Source: Chitinophagales bacterium
Lineage (GTDB): Bacteria > Bacteroidota > Bacteroidia > Chitinophagales > LD1
Direction: 5' to 3'
Length of the DNA: 38,334 nucleotides
NCBI GenBank assembly: GCA_033578915.1
Contig: JAVQWQ010000003.1
Location: 1 to 38,334, forward strand
A model generated the notes under the pieces. That model did not search any database. It worked only from the letters and a program-made list of their open reading frames with translations, and had not been told where the DNA came from. A program made the position numbers and the translations under genes. Positions 29,244 through 38,030 of this stretch are shown in pieces (positions within the stretch are counted from its first letter, which is position 1; the number at the start of each line of letters is the position of its first letter).

Positions 29244-29348
29244 TTATGTAACCAATAGTGGCAACACAGCTAATATTGTCCATGCAGCCACAACAATCCA
29301 TACAATTGCAAACAACATTCTTTCAGATGTAAAAGAGAACACCCTCAT
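29244..29348 (-). CDS. Unannotated 34-aa single-TM hydrophobic peptide MRVFSFTSERMLFAIVWIVVAAWTILAVLPLLVT
   Basis: ATG 29348 to TAA 29244, with an A-rich 5' region. A TGCTTTTG -7-like box lies just upstream and a terminator lies 31 nt downstream. Below the ORF-track size cutoff. Confidence 0.55.
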   Translation of the reverse strand: MRVFSFTSERMLFAIVWIVVAAWTILAVLPLLVT

Positions 29349-29392
29349 GCAATTTTATACGCAAAAGCAAAGGATAATGTTACCTTAGCGGC

Positions 29393-30685
29393 ATGCGATA
29401 TGAACCTGTTTCCAGCCAGCTTTTTATTGAAAACAGAAAGAAATTAATTAATAAAATTAAACCCAACAGCATAGTGTTTGTAGCCGGAAATGTGCACATG
29501 CCCGACAGCGCTGACGCCTTTCACCCCTGGCGGCAGCACCCTGATTTATTTTATTTAACCGGCATTGAACAGGAAGAAACCTTCCTGTTTTTGTTCCCCG
29601 ATTGTCCCGCAGCTGAACTGCGCGAGGTTCTTTTTATCCGTCAACCTAATGAACTGCTTGAAACTTGGGAGGGACGAAAACTAACAAGGCAACAGGCCTC
29701 AGAAATGTCGGGAATATCTGAAATACGCTGGAGCAGCGATGCCTTTGCAGTGCTTTTTTCTATGATGCATTTGGCTGAAAATGTTTATCTCAATACAAAT
29801 GAACATGACCGTGCTTCGTTAGAAGTTTTGTCTAATGAATATATTGTTGCAGAAAAAATCAAAAAGAAATTTCCGCTGCATCATTATGAAAGACTTGCTC
29901 CAGTAATGGGTGAACTTCGGGTGCAGAAATCTGCTCTAGAAATAGAGCTGATGAAGAAAGCTATCGACATTACTGCCAAGGCTTTTCACAGGATATTGAA
30001 ATTTGTTTCGCCGGGAGTATGGGAATATGAAGTAGAAGCAGAAATAACGCATGAATATCTACGCAATCGCGCTACACGACATGCATATGAGCCAATCATT
30101 GCCTCAGGGGAGAACGCTTGCTTTCTACACTATAACGTTAATAATGCACGCTGCAACTATGGAGACCTATTATTGATAGATACCGGCGCTGAATATGCTA
30201 ACTACTGTGCTGACCTTACGCGAACCATCCCTGTTAATGGAAGATTTACCAAGCGGCAAAAAGAAATATATTGTTCTGTACTAAACGTATTACGAGGTGC
30301 TGTTACACTCATGCGTCCTGGTATCTCCATCTATGAGCTGAATCAGCAGGTAGCTGAGATGATGGAAAGGGAGCTTGTGCAGTTAAATCTTATTTCATTA
30401 TCAGACCTGAAAAAGCAGGACAAAGAAAAGCCATTGTACAAAAAATATTTTCCACATGGCATAGGCCACTACTTGGGTTTAAACACGCATGATGTGGGCA
30501 GTCGCTATGCAAAAATTCCTGAAGGTGCTGTGCTTACCTGTGAACCCGGAATTTATATCAGAGAAGAAAAAATTGGCATTAGGCTGGAAAACAACATACT
30601 GGTAACCAAAGATGGACCAGTGGATTTAACTGCAGATATTCCTCTGGAGCCGGAGGAAATAGAAGAACTGATGCAGCAACGCTAA
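29393..30685 (+). CDS. pepP: Xaa-Pro aminopeptidase (aminopeptidase P, M24B)
   Basis: DLFYLTGI and WEG; metal ligands in LIDTGAEY, ADLTRT, HGIGHYLGLNTHD, TCEPGIY and IRLEN. Confidence 0.95.
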   Translation: MRYEPVSSQLFIENRKKLINKIKPNSIVFVAGNVHMPDSADAFHPWRQHPDLFYLTGIEQEETFLFLFPDCPAAELREVLFIRQPNELLETWEGRKLTRQQASEMSGISEIRWSSDAFAVLFSMMHLAENVYLNTNEHDRASLEVLSNEYIVAEKIKKKFPLHHYERLAPVMGELRVQKSALEIELMKKAIDITAKAFHRILKFVSPGVWEYEVEAEITHEYLRNRATRHAYEPIIASGENACFLHYNVNNARCNYGDLLLIDTGAEYANYCADLTRTIPVNGRFTKRQKEIYCSVLNVLRGAVTLMRPGISIYELNQQVAEMMERELVQLNLISLSDLKKQDKEKPLYKKYFPHGIGHYLGLNTHDVGSRYAKIPEGAVLTCEPGIYIREEKIGIRLENNILVTKDGPVDLTADIPLEPEEIEELMQQR

Positions 30686-30728
30686 AGATGATTACGCGGA
30701 AAATTTTATTTTTGCCACCGTTGCATTA

Positions 30729-30810
30729 GCCCTAATGGCGGAACTGGTAGACGCGCACGACTCAAAATCGTGTTTCGAAAGAAGTGGGGGTTCGATTCCC
30801 TCTTAGGGCA
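30729..30810 (+). tRNA. tRNA-Leu(CAA)
   Basis: GCCCTAA/TTAGGGC acceptor stem, CACGA-CTCAAAA-TCGTG anticodon arm, GTTCGATTC T-loop; no encoded CCA. TATTTTTG box at 30707-30714. Confidence 0.96.
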
Positions 30811-30880
30811 CAACAAATTTTTACTTGACATTCATTTTCATCCAGCTATATTTGCAATACCTTAAGTTCTTGTAAAACAC

Positions 30881-30953
30881 GCGGGAGTAGCTCAGTTGGT
30901 AGAGCGCAACCTTGCCAAGGTTGAGGTCGCGGGTTCGAGCCTCGTCTCCCGCT
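30881..30953 (+). tRNA. tRNA-Gly(GCC)
   Basis: GCGGGAGTAGCTCAGTTGGTAGAGCG, CAACC-TTGCCAA-GGTTG and GGTTCGAGCC. TATATTTG box at 30847-30854. Confidence 0.97.
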
Positions 30954-30967
30954 CTCCGATTGCCAAG

Positions 30968-30993
30968 AGGCTTGAGTGATCTCAAGCCTTTTT
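30968..30993 (+). terminator. Terminator-like hairpin between tRNA-Gly and tRNA-Leu(TAA)
   Basis: AGGCTTGAG-tgat-CTCAAGCCT followed by TTTT. Confidence 0.7.
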
Positions 30994-31004
30994 AGTTTAG
31001 GTAT

Positions 31005-31090
31005 GCCGCGGTGGTGGAACTGGTAGACACGCAGGACTTAAAATCCTGTGGCCCTAAAAGGCTGTGCGGGTTCAAGTCCCGCCCGCGGTA
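31005..31090 (+). tRNA. tRNA-Leu(TAA)
   Basis: GCCGCGGTGGTGGAACTGGTAGACACG, CAGGA-CTTAAAA-TCCTG, long variable arm and GGTTCAAGTCC. Confidence 0.97.
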
Positions 31091-31108
31091 CTTCCCAAAA
31101 AATTGTTT

Positions 31109-33469
31109 CTAAAAACTATACCGTAATTGCACCGTAAAGTTGCGATGTGGCTCGGTGCGCCCCGGGCGAAGCTGGTAGAAATGGTTCGAAATATTTCTCA
31201 CAAGAAAACCGAGTTTGAAATTTTTATTTACAGTAATACCAATTCGTAAATCTGCAACAAAATCACCATTCTTTCTTTTTTCTCTGTATCGCTCAAGTGC
31301 AAGCGGGTCGTTGAAGATAATAGAAGCAGCTGCGCTAAAAAGAGGAGGAATTTGCTCTGGAAAACTGCCATAAAAGAGCGTACCCCCTAAGTACATTTTC
31401 CAATAGGTTAGTTCTACATCTGCCCTGAATAAATGACGGACACGAAACATAAGCAACTGATTGACTTCAACCGGTGTAGGCCTTCTGTAATTTAATTCAA
31501 AAAACTTTCGCAGAAAATTTTGGGGCCTGCCTATGTTGTCGGCAGTGATCGAAGTCGTATCATTGGGGTTTACCGGATAAGTATAAGTATAACCGGCAAG
31601 GATTTGCAAGCCTACCTCGCCTATTTTGCCTTGACTGGCCATAGTAATTTCATATCCAACAACACGCGCATTTTCAAGGTTAGCAGCCCTAAGTCCAATG
31701 ATCATGTCCGGGGCGGTTGGGAATATTTTTGTTCCATCTCTGTATCGGTTTTCGTAAAAGCCAATTTCATATTGAACAAAATTTTTGTACTCCTGCCAAA
31801 AGAGAGCGCCATCCAGGTAAGCCTTCCATTGCTTTACCTGAAAACCCTGCTTGAGTCCTAACTCTAAACTCCAGCCCGTTTCAGTTTTTAAGGTGTCGTT
31901 GGGAACAACGTATATGCCTTGTGTAAACTCCTCGGCTATAAATCGCTCTCCAATAGAAGGAATGCGGTAACCTTGGCCCCACGAAGCTCTTATAAAGGTA
32001 GCATTGGCTGCCCGGATATTAATGCCTGTGCGAAATACCGGCCTTGAAAATTCCCTGAATGTATCTACTCCGATAGCTTCATAGCGCACTCCGCCTGTCC
32101 AACTGATGATTTTGTAGTTCACTTCAGCCTGAGCAAAAGCTGCAGCAGTAAAGTTTTGCCTCCTTCCACTGTAAAGATTGCTTACCGAGAAACCATATGT
32201 AAACGGAAGCCCGGCAGTGATAACCAAAAGCCCTCTGTATTTATACTGATATTGCGGTTGAAATTCCAGGCTATTGGAAGATGCGTTAATATCAATACCG
32301 TTGCCTTGTCTCCATACATTCAGGTAACGTGCATTAAGCGTAAAGCGATGCCCCAACGGGCTTTGATAAGAAACATGAGGGTCTATAGTTGTTCGAACAT
32401 ATTTGTCGTTGGAGCCTAAACGATAAAACAGTGCATTAGTGTCTAAGTCTTTACCCATGAAAAAACGGTCGCTTCGGTCGTATAGCTGGCTGAAATTGAT
32501 ACCATAGTTTAGCCCTTCAACTTTGGGGTTTAGATGCCTTGTCTTTGCAAAATAGCGAAAACGAAACTCATTGGAATATTACAAATAACCCATAGAGCCG
32601 GTGATATTGCCCCCCACTACCAGTTGCAGGTCTTTGATTTTCCGTTGATGGTTTACATTGCCGATAACTGTGAAAGGAGTGCCACCGTCCCACCAGCGTT
32701 GCCTGGGGTCTTTAGGTGCATCAAAAAAAGTTGTATTCAGGTCAATATCGGTTTTGGGCTCGGCGTCAGAAGGCCATTCCGTAATTACATTCACGATACC
32801 GTTTAATGCGCTTGAGCCATACACTACCGAGGAGGCTCCTTTAATTACTTCTACTTGTTTGGTATTTTCTATGGGCACTAACTTCGTTTGTCCTTCGCTA
32901 AGGTCTGCGCTGGTCATACCCAGATTGTCCACCAGTACTGCTGTGCGTGTGCCTGTTCCATAAGAATATGAACTGCCTCCACGTATGGTTATTTGCCCGT
33001 CCTGAACTAAAACTCCGGGAGTTTTGGATACCGCTTCTCCCAAATCATTCACGTTGGTGTTTTTTATTACATTCTTATTTACTACGTCCATACTTACACT
33101 CTCTTTGGCTGCATTTTTCTTGTAAAAACTTGTGGTTACCACCTCGTTGAGCTGAATAATCTGCGACTTTAGTTCAACCTCAATTTTGCGCACCTCTCCT
33201 TCGGCCAGAGAGAGCGTGTCTTTAAAATTTTTGAAACCAATAAACTGCACCGATAGTATAACATTGCCGGCGTTTACTGATACGCGAAATCTTCCAGCAG
33301 CGTCTGTTATGGCATTTCGCTTCCCCTCAACTTTAATAATTGCTCCTCCTATTGGTTCTTTGCTATCTGCATTCAACACTACTCCTTCTATGCTTGCAGT
33401 TTGACTGTTCAGCAATAGACAAGCCATGTTGCATAAAAACAGAAAAATGTATGAAATAATTTTTTTCAT
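31109..33469 (-). pseudogene. TonB-dependent receptor interrupted by one in-frame TAA (32579-32581)
   Basis: Signal peptide, CarboxypepD_reg-like N-domain and plug motifs (ITIRGGS, QVEVIKGASSVVYGSSALNG); barrel ends LRYSF. The two ORF-track pieces share a frame and are joined by 40 open codons after the TAA. Confidence 0.9.
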
Positions 33470-33475
33470 AATCAA

Positions 33476-34372
33476 TTATTCTGAAGATGAAGAAATGAAA
33501 GCCTGTGCAGGAGGTTGGCCAATCCAACAGGGTGGTGTTTTTATTCCAAATATATGAGCAATTGTTGGTGCTGTATCGTACTGTTGAACGGAATGGTCGG
33601 GAAGCGCTACATTTTTTGCTGTTTTGGGGCCTGAGAGTATCCAAGGAATTTCTATTTCTCTTGGGTGGTTGCCGCCATGTCCTTTTTTGATACCTCCATG
33701 GTCTGAGGTAACCAGAAAATAGGTGTCCTTAAATATTCCTGCGGTTTGTGTAGCTTTAATTATTTCTGCAACTATGGAATCTGCTGCCTTAACGGCCTCA
33801 AAATACTGTGGGCTGTCGTGGCCGTAAGCGTGCCCGGCGTGGTCGCAGTGGTCAAAATGCAAAAAAAGCAGGTCGGGTTGCTTGCTCTTGATTAATTCGA
33901 TGGCTTTGGCTAAAGTGTTTTGTTCTGTTTTTTCATGTATCAGGGCATCCAGCACTTTTTCGTCAGTAAGCTTTGCGAATTCTTTCCAATGATGCACAAC
34001 ATATATATCAAGGTGGCTGCGCTGTTCGCGCAACACATCAAATATTGTAGGGAATAATTTACCCTTAGGGCGGTTGCAGAATATTTTTCTCTTTAAAATA
34101 TGTTCTTTCCATCCATTCGAGGTAATTTGATGTTGTTTAGGGCTGGCGCCCATAATCATTGATGCCCAGTTAGGAGCGGAATCAGTAGGTCTCACAGCCT
34201 TTGCCTTTAGAGTAAATACTCCATTTTGCTTAAGCATATCTAAAGCAGGTGTCTCAACCCGGGAAAGCGCCCAGCCACTCAGTCCATCGAAGCCTATTAC
34301 AATAACTTTTGGTTGTTGAGCTGATAGAGAGAAGGAAACTAACAACCATAACAAAAAGGCGATAACCCGCAT
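33476..34372 (-). CDS. Alkaline phosphatase / nucleotide pyrophosphatase superfamily protein
   Basis: IGFDGL, nucleophile region PTDSAPNWASMIMG, DHAGH, TSDHGG and DTAPT; signal peptide. Confidence 0.92.
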   Translation of the reverse strand: MRVIAFLLWLLVSFSLSAQQPKVIVIGFDGLSGWALSRVETPALDMLKQNGVFTLKAKAVRPTDSAPNWASMIMGASPKQHQITSNGWKEHILKRKIFCNRPKGKLFPTIFDVLREQRSHLDIYVVHHWKEFAKLTDEKVLDALIHEKTEQNTLAKAIELIKSKQPDLLFLHFDHCDHAGHAYGHDSPQYFEAVKAADSIVAEIIKATQTAGIFKDTYFLVTSDHGGIKKGHGGNHPREIEIPWILSGPKTAKNVALPDHSVQQYDTAPTIAHIFGIKTPPCWIGQPPAQAFISSSSE

Positions 34373-34411
34373 TAATAAATTTTGTCAAAAAAAATCATTA
34401 TCTTCAGAAAC

Positions 34412-34440
34412 AAAAAAGCCGAAGCGATGCTCCGGCTTTT
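34412..34440 (-). terminator. Rho-independent terminator of rpsF-rpsR-rplI
   Basis: Minus strand reads AAAAGCCGGAGC-atc-GCTTCGGCTTTTTT. Confidence 0.85.
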
Positions 34441-34470
34441 AAATTAACGATATGTTAAAGTGAAGTTTAG

Positions 34471-34920
34471 TTACTCCGCAAAAACTTCAAAAGTTATAGT
34501 AACCTTGTGGTCTTTGCTAAGCACAACTTCAGCAGTGTATTGGCCTACTGTTTTTACCTCTCCTTCCAGGATGGTGATTTTTCTTCTGTCCACCTCTACC
34601 TGCGCGTTATTTCGTATGGCTTCAGCAATGTGATAAGATGTAACTGAGCCAAATATTTTTCCAGTGGTGCCAACCTTTGCAGGAATTTTATAAGTAGCTG
34701 ATTGAACGCGTTGAATAATTTCCTGAATTTTTTCAAGCATCTCAGCCTCTTTCTTTTCTTTCAGGCGGATTCTGTTTTTTAATTCTTTAAGGTTAGTTTC
34801 ATTTTTAACTACTGCGAGGCCTTTTGGAATGAGGTAATTCAACGCATAGCCGTTTTTTACATTAACGACTTCGTCTGCATAGCCAAGTTTTTCAACATCT
34901 TTCAGCAAAATAACTTCCAT
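34471..34920 (-). CDS. rplI: 50S ribosomal protein bL9
   Basis: MEVILLKDVEKLG...VKNGYALNYLIPKG and GKIFGSVT. Confidence 0.99.
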   Translation of the reverse strand: MEVILLKDVEKLGYADEVVNVKNGYALNYLIPKGLAVVKNETNLKELKNRIRLKEKKEAEMLEKIQEIIQRVQSATYKIPAKVGTTGKIFGSVTSYHIAEAIRNNAQVEVDRRKITILEGEVKTVGQYTAEVVLSKDHKVTITFEVFAE

Positions 34921-34943
34921 ATTTAGCTATTTAATTAAAAATT

Positions 34944-35210
34944 TTACTTAAGTAAGTCTGCAACGTAAGGCAATAGCGCAAGATGGCGGGCACGCTTGAT
35001 AGCAGTAGCGACTTTACGTTGGTATTTCAAAGAATTACCTGTTATTCTTCTGGGAAGAATTTTTCCCTGTTCGTTTAAAAACTTCAATAAATATTCTGGG
35101 TCTTTGTAGTCAATATACTTGATGCCACTCTTTTTAAAACGGCAATATTTTTTTTTGGTGGCTCCTATTTTATTGGCAGTGAGATATTTAATTTGTTCTG
35201 TACCTGACAT
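34944..35210 (-). CDS. rpsR: 30S ribosomal protein bS18
   Basis: [23 protein letters not shown] and [13 protein letters not shown]. Confidence 0.99.
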   Translation of the reverse strand: MSGTEQIKYLTANKIGATKKKYCRFKKSGIKYIDYKDPEYLLKFLNEQGKILPRRITGNSLKYQRKVATAIKRARHLALLPYVADLLK

Positions 35211-35212
35211 AT

Positions 35213-35587
35213 TTATTCGTGATTTTGGTCAGCTAATACTTTATCATTTTTTCTGCCTATGAGGCCGGCACGCTTATCCTGATTGTACTTTATTGAATAT
35301 TTATCTAAGCGTACAGTAAGGTAGCGCAACACGTTTTCATCGCGCCGAAATGCAATTTCAAGCGTATTAATTACCGTTGGAGGTGCTTTAAACTCAATGC
35401 AGTGATAAATGCCGGTAGTTTTCTTTTTTATGGGGTATCTTAAGTTACGCAGCCCCCAGTGTTCTTCAGCTACTATCTCTGCACCGTTGGATTTAAGTAA
35501 TTCAATGTAAGATTGAATTACTTTTTTAGTGTCGTCTTCAGACAACACCGGTGTCAGAATAAATGTTGTTTCGTATTGATTAAGCAT
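35213..35587 (-). CDS. rpsF: 30S ribosomal protein bS6
   Basis: [25 protein letters not shown] and [10 protein letters not shown]. Confidence 0.99.
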   Translation of the reverse strand: MLNQYETTFILTPVLSEDDTKKVIQSYIELLKSNGAEIVAEEHWGLRNLRYPIKKKTTGIYHCIEFKAPPTVINTLEIAFRRDENVLRYLTVRLDKYSIKYNQDKRAGLIGRKNDKVLADQNHE

Positions 35588-35726
35588 GTTTCTTTGCTTT
35601 CTTTAAAATGGAGCGCGAATATGGCGTTTTTTTTCTTCTCATCCAAATTTTATTTTATTGAAAGCAAAAAACCTTCTTTTTTGAAATAAGCCATCATCTT
35701 TTTCGTTATTCGCCCTTGTACATGCT

Positions 35727-37202
35727 ATGAAAAAGAGCGCTTTAGGAAAAGTTTTACTGATTGCCCTGGCTTTCTCTGCGGTATTAACGATCGGCTGCCG
35801 AAAAGAAAAATTCAGCGACAAGGGCAGTCTCTCTTTTTCAACCGATACCCTTTCCTTTGACACAGTATTCACAACGCTTCCTTCTACCACACGCTTTTTT
35901 AAAGTTTATAATAATGAACGACTTCCCATAAAAATTTCCAGTATCAGGCTTCTTGAGTTGCAAAGCGATGCATCATTCAGGCTGAATGTAGATGGAATAC
36001 CAGGTAAAATATTCAGAGATGTTGAAATATTGGGTAACGACAGTTTGTATGTTTTTGTGGAAACCACTGTAAAAAATCCGTTGAATCCGAACAACCCTTT
36101 TGTGATATACGATGCGGTAGAATTCATAGCCAACGGCAACCGACAGGTGGTTACGCTGGAGGTATGGGGCCAGGATGCTTACTACCATAAAGGAGAAATT
36201 TACCGTTATGGAGAAAATATCACCTGGAAAAACGATAAACCTCATGTGATTTTACAAGGCAGTTTTCCGGGTGTAGGAGTTGATTCGGGAGCAACACTTA
36301 ATATACAAAGCGGAACAAAAATTTTTGTCGGTAGCAATGCGGCTTTGTGGGTTTATGGTACCCTTAATGCCCAAGCAAACTCGTGTAGCGACTCCATCGT
36401 GTTTCGCGGATTGCGGCTGGAGAAATTTTATCGCGATAAGCCGGCACAATGGTGGGGGATAATTTTTGGAAGAAACAAGGATTTGGAAATTGCCCGCCTG
36501 AATCTGAAGCGGGTAGTGGTAACTGAGACCTTCTTCGGCATTGCCGATGAATACATTTTCAATGCTGCTTTTCAGCAAAATGTTTTGCCGATTAACCTTG
36601 CCGAGTACAGCATTAATGGCGCCCCAGAGCTAAACCTAAAACAGTGTATTATCAAACACGCTCAGAATACAGCTCTTTTTGCGCTTAACGCTAAGGTAAA
36701 TGCCGAAAACTGCATATTCCACACCACCGGAAGCAATGTAGTGGCACTGGCGCTGGGCGGAGAGCATCATTTTAATCATTGTACCATCTACAACACAGGA
36801 GGCAGGTTTCTTCAGCATAAACAGGAAGCTTTGCTGATTGCCGATAAGATTCTCGCCAATAATATTTTGTATGCAGCTAATCTTAAGGCCAACGTAACTA
36901 ATTCCGTAGTTTATGGTTCACTGGAGAATGAATTCCGTTTTGCCGATGAGCAGGATAAAATAAGGTTTGAAAACTGCCTGATTAAACTCAGGCAAGATAC
37001 TGCAAATAAGTATTCTTCGAAATTTATTCAATGCATATTCAACAAAGATCCTAAGTTTAAAAATGCAGCGGCCGAAGATTTCACGCCTTCAGACAGTCTT
37101 AATTCACCTTTAATTGATGCGGGAAAGTTTACGGGATTGAGCAGCGATATCTTCGACAAGCCGAGGAACACACCGGATATAGGCGCAGTTGAAGGTAAAT
37201 GA
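35727..37202 (+). CDS. Lipoprotein with right-handed beta-helix region and choice-of-anchor-Q-like C-terminus
   Basis: Lipobox LTIG-C; LSFSTDTLSFDTVFT start; beta-helix repeats (ENCIF, FNHCTI, VTNSVV); C-terminal SPLIDAG...DIFDKPR..PDIGAVE. Confidence 0.8.
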   Translation: MKKSALGKVLLIALAFSAVLTIGCRKEKFSDKGSLSFSTDTLSFDTVFTTLPSTTRFFKVYNNERLPIKISSIRLLELQSDASFRLNVDGIPGKIFRDVEILGNDSLYVFVETTVKNPLNPNNPFVIYDAVEFIANGNRQVVTLEVWGQDAYYHKGEIYRYGENITWKNDKPHVILQGSFPGVGVDSGATLNIQSGTKIFVGSNAALWVYGTLNAQANSCSDSIVFRGLRLEKFYRDKPAQWWGIIFGRNKDLEIARLNLKRVVVTETFFGIADEYIFNAAFQQNVLPINLAEYSINGAPELNLKQCIIKHAQNTALFALNAKVNAENCIFHTTGSNVVALALGGEHHFNHCTIYNTGGRFLQHKQEALLIADKILANNILYAANLKANVTNSVVYGSLENEFRFADEQDKIRFENCLIKLRQDTANKYSSKFIQCIFNKDPKFKNAAAEDFTPSDSLNSPLIDAGKFTGLSSDIFDKPRNTPDIGAVEGK

Positions 37203-37225
37203 TCTGTGTTTAATAAAGCTGCTCT

Positions 37226-37915
37226 TTAGAGTGTTTTATTCTCTTTTTTATCTGGTAAAACGAAATATTTTACAGATAAAAATAAATGGTTCAATCCGCT
37301 GCCTATTGAAAATTTATGTTCATGATTTCCCTTTTGCCAATTCTTATCCGAGGGAATAAATCTGTATTGGTAGGCTAAGAGGCGATACTGTAGCTCTAAA
37401 GCCCATTTCCGATTAATAAGATATATCAACCCAGGCGAGGCCCCAATTGCTGCTCCGAAAAGGTTTTGATATGCTTTTCTTTCTAACAATGGTAAATTTG
37501 GATTAGATTCCTTTATGAATGAACGACCCCATAACGGGCCAAGAGAGGCATCTATAAAGAAACCGAAACGCTTCTTGAGGAAATAAGGGCGAACATTTGC
37601 GGCCAGAACTAATTCATGACTTTGCCTTATTTGAGGGAAAGTTATACTATGTGAAGGAGCATAATGAATATCTGAAAATTCGTATGATGGAGTAAAACCG
37701 ATTGTTAAGTTTCTTCTAACTGCCCTGGCGCACATCACTGATAATCCTAAATCGATTTGCCTTGACTTTTGTAACATTAAATCTTTAGTGCCATTATAAT
37801 TCAGCATCAGGCCGCCCCCAGTTATCCAAGTGTTTTTTTCAATCTGGCCTTGTGCTGTATATATGGACAATGAAAGTGAAATAACGATGGATAAATGATT
37901 GAAATGTGATTTCAT
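37226..37915 (-). CDS. Outer-membrane beta-barrel protein
   Basis: Signal peptide, QIEKNTWITGG start and alternating amphipathic strands (SPGLIYLINRKWALEL, LSVKYF). Confidence 0.75.
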   Translation of the reverse strand: MKSHFNHLSIVISLSLSIYTAQGQIEKNTWITGGGLMLNYNGTKDLMLQKSRQIDLGLSVMCARAVRRNLTIGFTPSYEFSDIHYAPSHSITFPQIRQSHELVLAANVRPYFLKKRFGFFIDASLGPLWGRSFIKESNPNLPLLERKAYQNLFGAAIGASPGLIYLINRKWALELQYRLLAYQYRFIPSDKNWQKGNHEHKFSIGSGLNHLFLSVKYFVLPDKKENKTL

Positions 37916-38030
37916 AACGTTTTTTTCTTAACGGAATAAAATCTATATTATTTTATGGTTTATGCTTAAACTAAGTATATGAAGCTATAGCATTTTCAGA
38001 ACTCAACTGCAAAACCATAAGTTTGCTTTT

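Noticed and set aside
28844-29392. 6S RNA or a riboswitch upstream of pepP
   Set aside because: No long closing stem with central bubble and no recognisable riboswitch consensus. pepP appears to have its own promoter directly before the ATG.
32579-32581. Stop-codon reassignment or selenocysteine/pyrrolysine readthrough
   Set aside because: The codon is TAA, which terminates many conserved genes in the window. Sec and Pyl use TGA and TAG.
35588-35726. S6:S18-binding leader upstream of rpsF
   Set aside because: I could not identify the conserved hairpin with a CCR bulge in the short AT-rich leader.
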